From sequence record MW373745.1: a DNA stretch of 64,000 nucleotides; one strand, written 5' to 3'. The notes below the pieces were generated by a model. It saw only the letters and a program-made list of their open reading frames with translations. It was not told the origin of the DNA and ran no database searches. The position numbers and the translations under genes were made by a program. Position 1 is the stretch's first letter. The number at the start of each line of letters is the position of its first letter. Positions 59,620 to 64,000 of this stretch are shown here, piece after piece.

Positions 59620-60078
59620 ATGATAATAAAAGAAACCATTTCCTCAACATCTTTTAGAGAATACTTATATGAACAAGCTTTTAGTAAAGATGTAATGATC
59701 TCTAAATTTACTAACAATTCAGACAACATTTTTAATCATATTTTAAAAGTCTTAGTATATGATGATAATTTAAATAATAAAAAACATTTAAGAGAGATGT
59801 CAGGAATAGTAAGATCTTTACAAAACAAAACTATCAAATCAAAAATAACACCGGAAGACTTGTATCATATTTTCTATGGAAATATTGAAGAAGATTCGAA
59901 TCTGAAACAATATATCTTGGATTTAGAGATTAATTACGGTTCTCTTCAAAAATCTAAGCTATCAGAAAATGAGATACATTTCAGACTAGCTAGAATCTTT
60001 AAAAGATTATCAAGTGAGATATTAACAAAGTCATTCAAGTCTTTTGAAAAATATCCAGAACTAAGGGATAGATTTTAA
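59620..60078 (+). CDS. Hypothetical protein, DUF29-like
   Basis: IFNHILK.L.Y...H..EM helix pattern; FREYLYEQA leader. Confidence 0.35.
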   Translation: MIIKETISSTSFREYLYEQAFSKDVMISKFTNNSDNIFNHILKVLVYDDNLNNKKHLREMSGIVRSLQNKTIKSKITPEDLYHIFYGNIEEDSNLKQYILDLEINYGSLQKSKLSENEIHFRLARIFKRLSSEILTKSFKSFEKYPELRDRF

Positions 60079-60178
60079 AACAACAGGCTTTGATATAATT
60101 TATACCCGATTATATCAAAGCTTTAAATACACAAATGATTGAATCATAAATATTTAACCAACGATTAAAGGACTCAAT

Positions 60179-61783
60179 TTGAATTTAGACACTATACATA
60201 TTGTTAAAAATAACGGAGAACGTGAAATATTCGATGCTGAAAAAATACATAAACACTTACATTTTGCTTGTCAAAACCTCGATGTAGATATTATTAGCAT
60301 TATTAAAGATGCTAGATTAAAAATATTTGATGGTGCCAAAAGTGTAGACATACAAGATTCTTTAATTAAATCTGCACAAGAAAAAATCAGTGAAGATTCT
60401 CCAGATTATGAGTTAGTTGCTGGTAGATTATTAAATCAAAAACTCAGAAAAGAAGTTTATAAACAATACACACCATTAGATTTTAAATCACAAGTTAAAG
60501 AACGTATTAAAAAAGGTTTCTATACTGAAGATCTTAATGCTTATAGTGATGAAGAGCTTGACTATTTTGGATCTTTAATTAATTATGAATTAGATAACGA
60601 ACTACCTTACAGCGCATTAAATCAAATGTATTCTAAGTACTTGATCAAACATAATAAAAAATGCATTGAGGTTCCTCAAGAAGTTTTTATATTGATACCA
60701 ATGGCTATTTTTTATAATACCGATATAGAATATAGAAAAAAATATGTTAAACTTGGGTATGAATTATTATCACAGCGTAAAATTTCTTTACCTACTCCTA
60801 TTATGAATGGAGCAAGAACAAGTTATAAGAAATTTATATCTTGTAATTTATTAAACTTTGGTGATTCAGTTGAAAGCTTTGCTAGGGGTTTAGAAGCTGT
60901 TTTAAAATGCACCAGTGCTAAAAGTGGTTTAGGTATCAATACAAGTTTCATCAGAGGTTTAGGAGCTCCAGTAGGTAAACCTTCAAGATTAGATCATACT
61001 GGTATGCTGCCGATCGTTAAAGCCATTGAATCTGCTACGTCTGCGCTGATTCAGCACGGCAGGGGCGGTGCAAGCAATCTGTCAATGCCTTTCTTTCACT
61101 ACGAAATAGAATTATTTTCACAACTAGGTGATTCTAAAGGATCTTTAGAAAATAGGGCTAGACATACTGATCAAACTATTATCATCAATAAATGGTTCTT
61201 AGAAAAAGCTCTTAATAAAGAGGATATATTTTTATTCCATATGAATGCTGTAGGTAATAAGGATCCCAAATTAGATTTATATGATGCCTTAGGTGATTAT
61301 AAAAGATTCGATGAATTATATAAACATTATAGCGCTAAAGTTCCTAATAAAAGTAAAAAGAAAATTAATGCTTATGATTTATTATCTTTAATTATAAATG
61401 AGAGAATGATTACTGGTAGAGTTTATATTGTTTTTGCGGATAACTTCGTTAATTCAAGTTTTAAAGAAAATCTATATATGACAAATCTTTGTTGTTTAGC
61501 AGGTGATACAATTGTTGAAACTTCACAAGGGCCTAAATTTCTCAAAGATATTAAAAAAGGAGATCTTGTTTTAAGTTATAATCAAGATACAAAAAAATAT
61601 GAATACAAAGAAGTACTAGCAGCTGTTTTAACAAATCCGGAAGCTGAAGTTTTTGAAGTAGAATTCAATGGTAAAGTGGTCATTTGCACTAGTGATCATA
61701 AATTCTTAACCCAAAGGGGTTATATTGAAGCTCAACATCTTTTAGAAAGTGATACAATAGTAGAATGTTCCTCCCGTATTTAG
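60179..61783 (+). CDS. nrdA: Class Ia ribonucleotide reductase alpha N-fragment fused to split intein IntN (61493-61780, 96 aa)
   Basis: ATP cone, PTPIMNGART, SCN, GRGGA; TNLC followed by CLAGDT...CTSDHKFLT.RG intein. Confidence 0.93.
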   Translation: MNLDTIHIVKNNGEREIFDAEKIHKHLHFACQNLDVDIISIIKDARLKIFDGAKSVDIQDSLIKSAQEKISEDSPDYELVAGRLLNQKLRKEVYKQYTPLDFKSQVKERIKKGFYTEDLNAYSDEELDYFGSLINYELDNELPYSALNQMYSKYLIKHNKKCIEVPQEVFILIPMAIFYNTDIEYRKKYVKLGYELLSQRKISLPTPIMNGARTSYKKFISCNLLNFGDSVESFARGLEAVLKCTSAKSGLGINTSFIRGLGAPVGKPSRLDHTGMLPIVKAIESATSALIQHGRGGASNLSMPFFHYEIELFSQLGDSKGSLENRARHTDQTIIINKWFLEKALNKEDIFLFHMNAVGNKDPKLDLYDALGDYKRFDELYKHYSAKVPNKSKKKINAYDLLSLIINERMITGRVYIVFADNFVNSSFKENLYMTNLCCLAGDTIVETSQGPKFLKDIKKGDLVLSYNQDTKKYEYKEVLAAVLTNPEAEVFEVEFNGKVVICTSDHKFLTQRGYIEAQHLLESDTIVECSSRI

Positions 61784-62139
61784 AAGAAATAACATATTTA
61801 GATAAACCGAATAAACATAATCTTAATTTCTTTAGAAAAACATATTTAATGGATTTCTTTGAATTAGGATTAGTATTCGACGAAAATGAAGATTTAATTG
61901 GTATTAAAAATGAAGATACTACATCAGGCTATTTACCACTACATTTTAATAGTATATTAGAACTCTCAGAGTTTTTATATGCTTTTAATGGCGCGTGGGT
62001 AGCAAAGAAAGTATTGGATGATTGCCAGAAAATGGATATGGTGATTAAGCAAATGTCTGAAGAACTCGGTATACCAGAAGAGGTTATTAGAAATGGCAAG
62101 TTTCAAAGAAAGGGCTATTTTAAGAATGGCTACATTTAG
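61765..62139 (+). CDS. Hypothetical protein inside the split nrdA
   Basis: 124-aa ORF overlapping both neighbours; no nuclease motif recognised. Confidence 0.6.
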   Translation: MFLPYLEEITYLDKPNKHNLNFFRKTYLMDFFELGLVFDENEDLIGIKNEDTTSGYLPLHFNSILELSEFLYAFNGAWVAKKVLDDCQKMDMVIKQMSEELGIPEEVIRNGKFQRKGYFKNGYI

Positions 62140-62644
62140 ACACAATAACTTGTTATATTATGTTATAATTGAAAGGAGAAGGGGTGTCAAAGGTGACCAT
62201 ACTTGTGTAGAACCACATTTTGGTGCTTTTGTAACTGATATAGAAAATATCTTAAAAATTTCTGATACTAAGCAATTGTTGTTACAACTCAAACACAGAA
62301 AGGATATTTTAAAGATTTTAAACCCAGATAAAATAGAAACAAATTCTCAATTAGTTTTATCCTATGTATTAAGTGTTCTAAGAGATTATATTAAAGAACA
62401 TTATACATTGTTTATTAAGCTTGTGACTAATGAAGAATTAATGAAAAAATATATAAAATTATTACCTTATGTTTGTACTGATTTAAAGTATACTCCTATA
62501 GATATTTCAAATGAAATTAGAACGGATTTTGATGGAACTAGGAAGCGTTTTCTTGTGCTATTGCTCAGAAAATCAAAAGATTTAGACAAACAAGATGTAC
62601 TAAAATCACTTAGTAATATCAATTTAAGTAATTATATATTATAA
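62093..62644 (+). CDS. Hypothetical protein inside the split nrdA; paralog of 22705-23292
   Basis: EPHFG.F and VLSYVLSVL.DY. Confidence 0.65.
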   Translation: MASFKERAILRMATFRHNNLLYYVIIERRRGVKGDHTCVEPHFGAFVTDIENILKISDTKQLLLQLKHRKDILKILNPDKIETNSQLVLSYVLSVLRDYIKEHYTLFIKLVTNEELMKKYIKLLPYVCTDLKYTPIDISNEIRTDFDGTRKRFLVLLLRKSKDLDKQDVLKSLSNINLSNYIL

Positions 62645-62663
62645 TAACAATAAAAGAGGTGCT

Positions 62664-63707
62664 ATGATAAAAATAACTAAAAAAACTGAAAAAATACCTG
62701 TATACGATATAGAAGTTAAGGATAATCATAACTTTTTTGCAAATGGATTGTGTGTTCACAATTGTGAAATATCTGTGCCTAGTCATAGTTTAGATAATTA
62801 TAGGGGTATACCAGGAGAACTAGGAACTTGTATCTTAGGTAATATAAATTTTGGACATTCTAAAGAATCTGACATCCCAAAAGTTGCTGATTTCTTAGTT
62901 AGGTTCTTAGATAATATGATTGATATTTCTGATTTTGCTATGCCAGAAATTGAATACTCAGCTACAAAACGTAGAACATTAGGTATTGGTGTTTCTAACT
63001 TATTTGGATATCTTGCTAAATCGAAATTATTTTACAATACAAAAGAAGCACGCGAACATATTAATGATTTAATGGAATTATTTTATTTTAACTTAGTTAA
63101 AACTTCAATAGATTTAGCAAAAGAACGAGGTGCTTGTGAATTATATAATGAATCTTTTTATAGTGATAATAAGTTTATATTCGAAAGATATTTAGAAGCT
63201 GGGATTAAACCTGAATTTAAAACAAAATTAGATTGGGAGTCACTTCGTGAAGAATTATCTAAATACGGTATGCGCCATTCAAGCTTGTCAGCTGTACCGC
63301 CCGCTGGGAACAGTTCAAAGCCAAGCTCAGCAACACCTGGTATCGAACCTCCAAGAGAATTAGTAACTATTAAAACAGAAAAAAGTTCTACTGTAAAACA
63401 GTTGGTTCCTTTCTATAAAACAGCCAAAAAATATTATACGACTGCTTGGGGTGTTGACTTTAATAATAAAGATTATCTTAAATTAGTGAGTACAATACAA
63501 AGATATGTAGATCAAAGTATTAGTACAAATCAATATTATAATATCGTAGAAACTAAAAAAGTTAATATTGAAGATGTTATAGAAGAATTTATAGAATGCT
63601 TCAATTTAGGTGTCAAATCATTGTATTATGCTAATTTTAGAACTACAGATGATGCAGATGGTGATCAAGTAATTGAAGGTTGTGGGTCTGGAGGTTGTAG
63701 CGTTTAA
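62664..63707 (+). CDS. nrdA: Split intein IntC (33 aa, 62664-62762) fused to NrdA C-fragment
   Basis: VYDIEV..NHNFFANG..VHN followed by CEI; TCILG, RRTLGIG, PPAGNSS, KSLYY and C-terminal CGSGGC. Confidence 0.93.
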   Translation: MIKITKKTEKIPVYDIEVKDNHNFFANGLCVHNCEISVPSHSLDNYRGIPGELGTCILGNINFGHSKESDIPKVADFLVRFLDNMIDISDFAMPEIEYSATKRRTLGIGVSNLFGYLAKSKLFYNTKEAREHINDLMELFYFNLVKTSIDLAKERGACELYNESFYSDNKFIFERYLEAGIKPEFKTKLDWESLREELSKYGMRHSSLSAVPPAGNSSKPSSATPGIEPPRELVTIKTEKSSTVKQLVPFYKTAKKYYTTAWGVDFNNKDYLKLVSTIQRYVDQSISTNQYYNIVETKKVNIEDVIEEFIECFNLGVKSLYYANFRTTDDADGDQVIEGCGSGGCSV

Positions 63708-63829
63708 AAACTTTTAGGTTTAAGCTTTTAAGACTTTTTAAGCTTAAACTTTAAGATTCGGTTTGTATTTCAGAAACTTTTAAGTTATTTTATATTATAA
63801 TTATTTCATTAAAAGATAAAGGAGATAAA

Positions 63830-64000
63830 ATGAAACACATTACAAAAATATTTTTAGGATATAAAAACGACAAAGCATATTTCAATAGAACACAAAGACA
63901 AATTACGTGTGCTATCAAAAATCTTGAACGTTTAAAACCTTCATTTAATATTAACGAAGCTAGATTTGAAGAAATCTACGAAGCTAAACAAATTGAAACA
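63830..64000 (+). CDS. Hypothetical protein, runs off the window end
   Basis: AAGGAG RBS and TATAAT promoter; frame open to 64000. Confidence 0.55.
   Translation, partial: MKHITKIFLGYKNDKAYFNRTQRQITCAIKNLERLKPSFNINEARFEEIYEAKQIET

Overview
AT-rich 64-kb segment of a large T4-related myovirus genome. The gene set (split PolB and NrdA, FolE/QueD/QueC, a radical-SAM cluster, repeat regions left as N gaps) best fits a group II Campylobacter phage (Firehammervirus, CP220/CP21-like); this is recognition from memory, not a search result. The window mixes replication genes (PolB, sliding clamp, gp41 helicase, NrdA), virion genes (two tail-tube-like proteins, gp5-like hub, PAAR, gp13 neck, several fibre/RBP-like proteins), spanins, a dispersed 7-deazaguanine pathway, two intact tRNAs and one half tRNA. 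Main points of interest: (1) a ~7-kb biosynthetic-looking cluster of five radical-SAM enzymes, an amidinotransferase, a PLP aminotransferase, a glycosyltransferase-like and a sulfotransferase-like gene; (2) two essential enzymes whose active-site motifs are each cut by a naturally split intein, with very similar IntC tails; (3) two decayed homing endonucleases; (4) a recurring 12-bp palindrome ACACTWWAGTGT; (5) a stem-loop/small-ORF-rich intergenic region; (6) a spanin cassette flanked by inverted repeat arrays. All functional calls rest on motif reading only.
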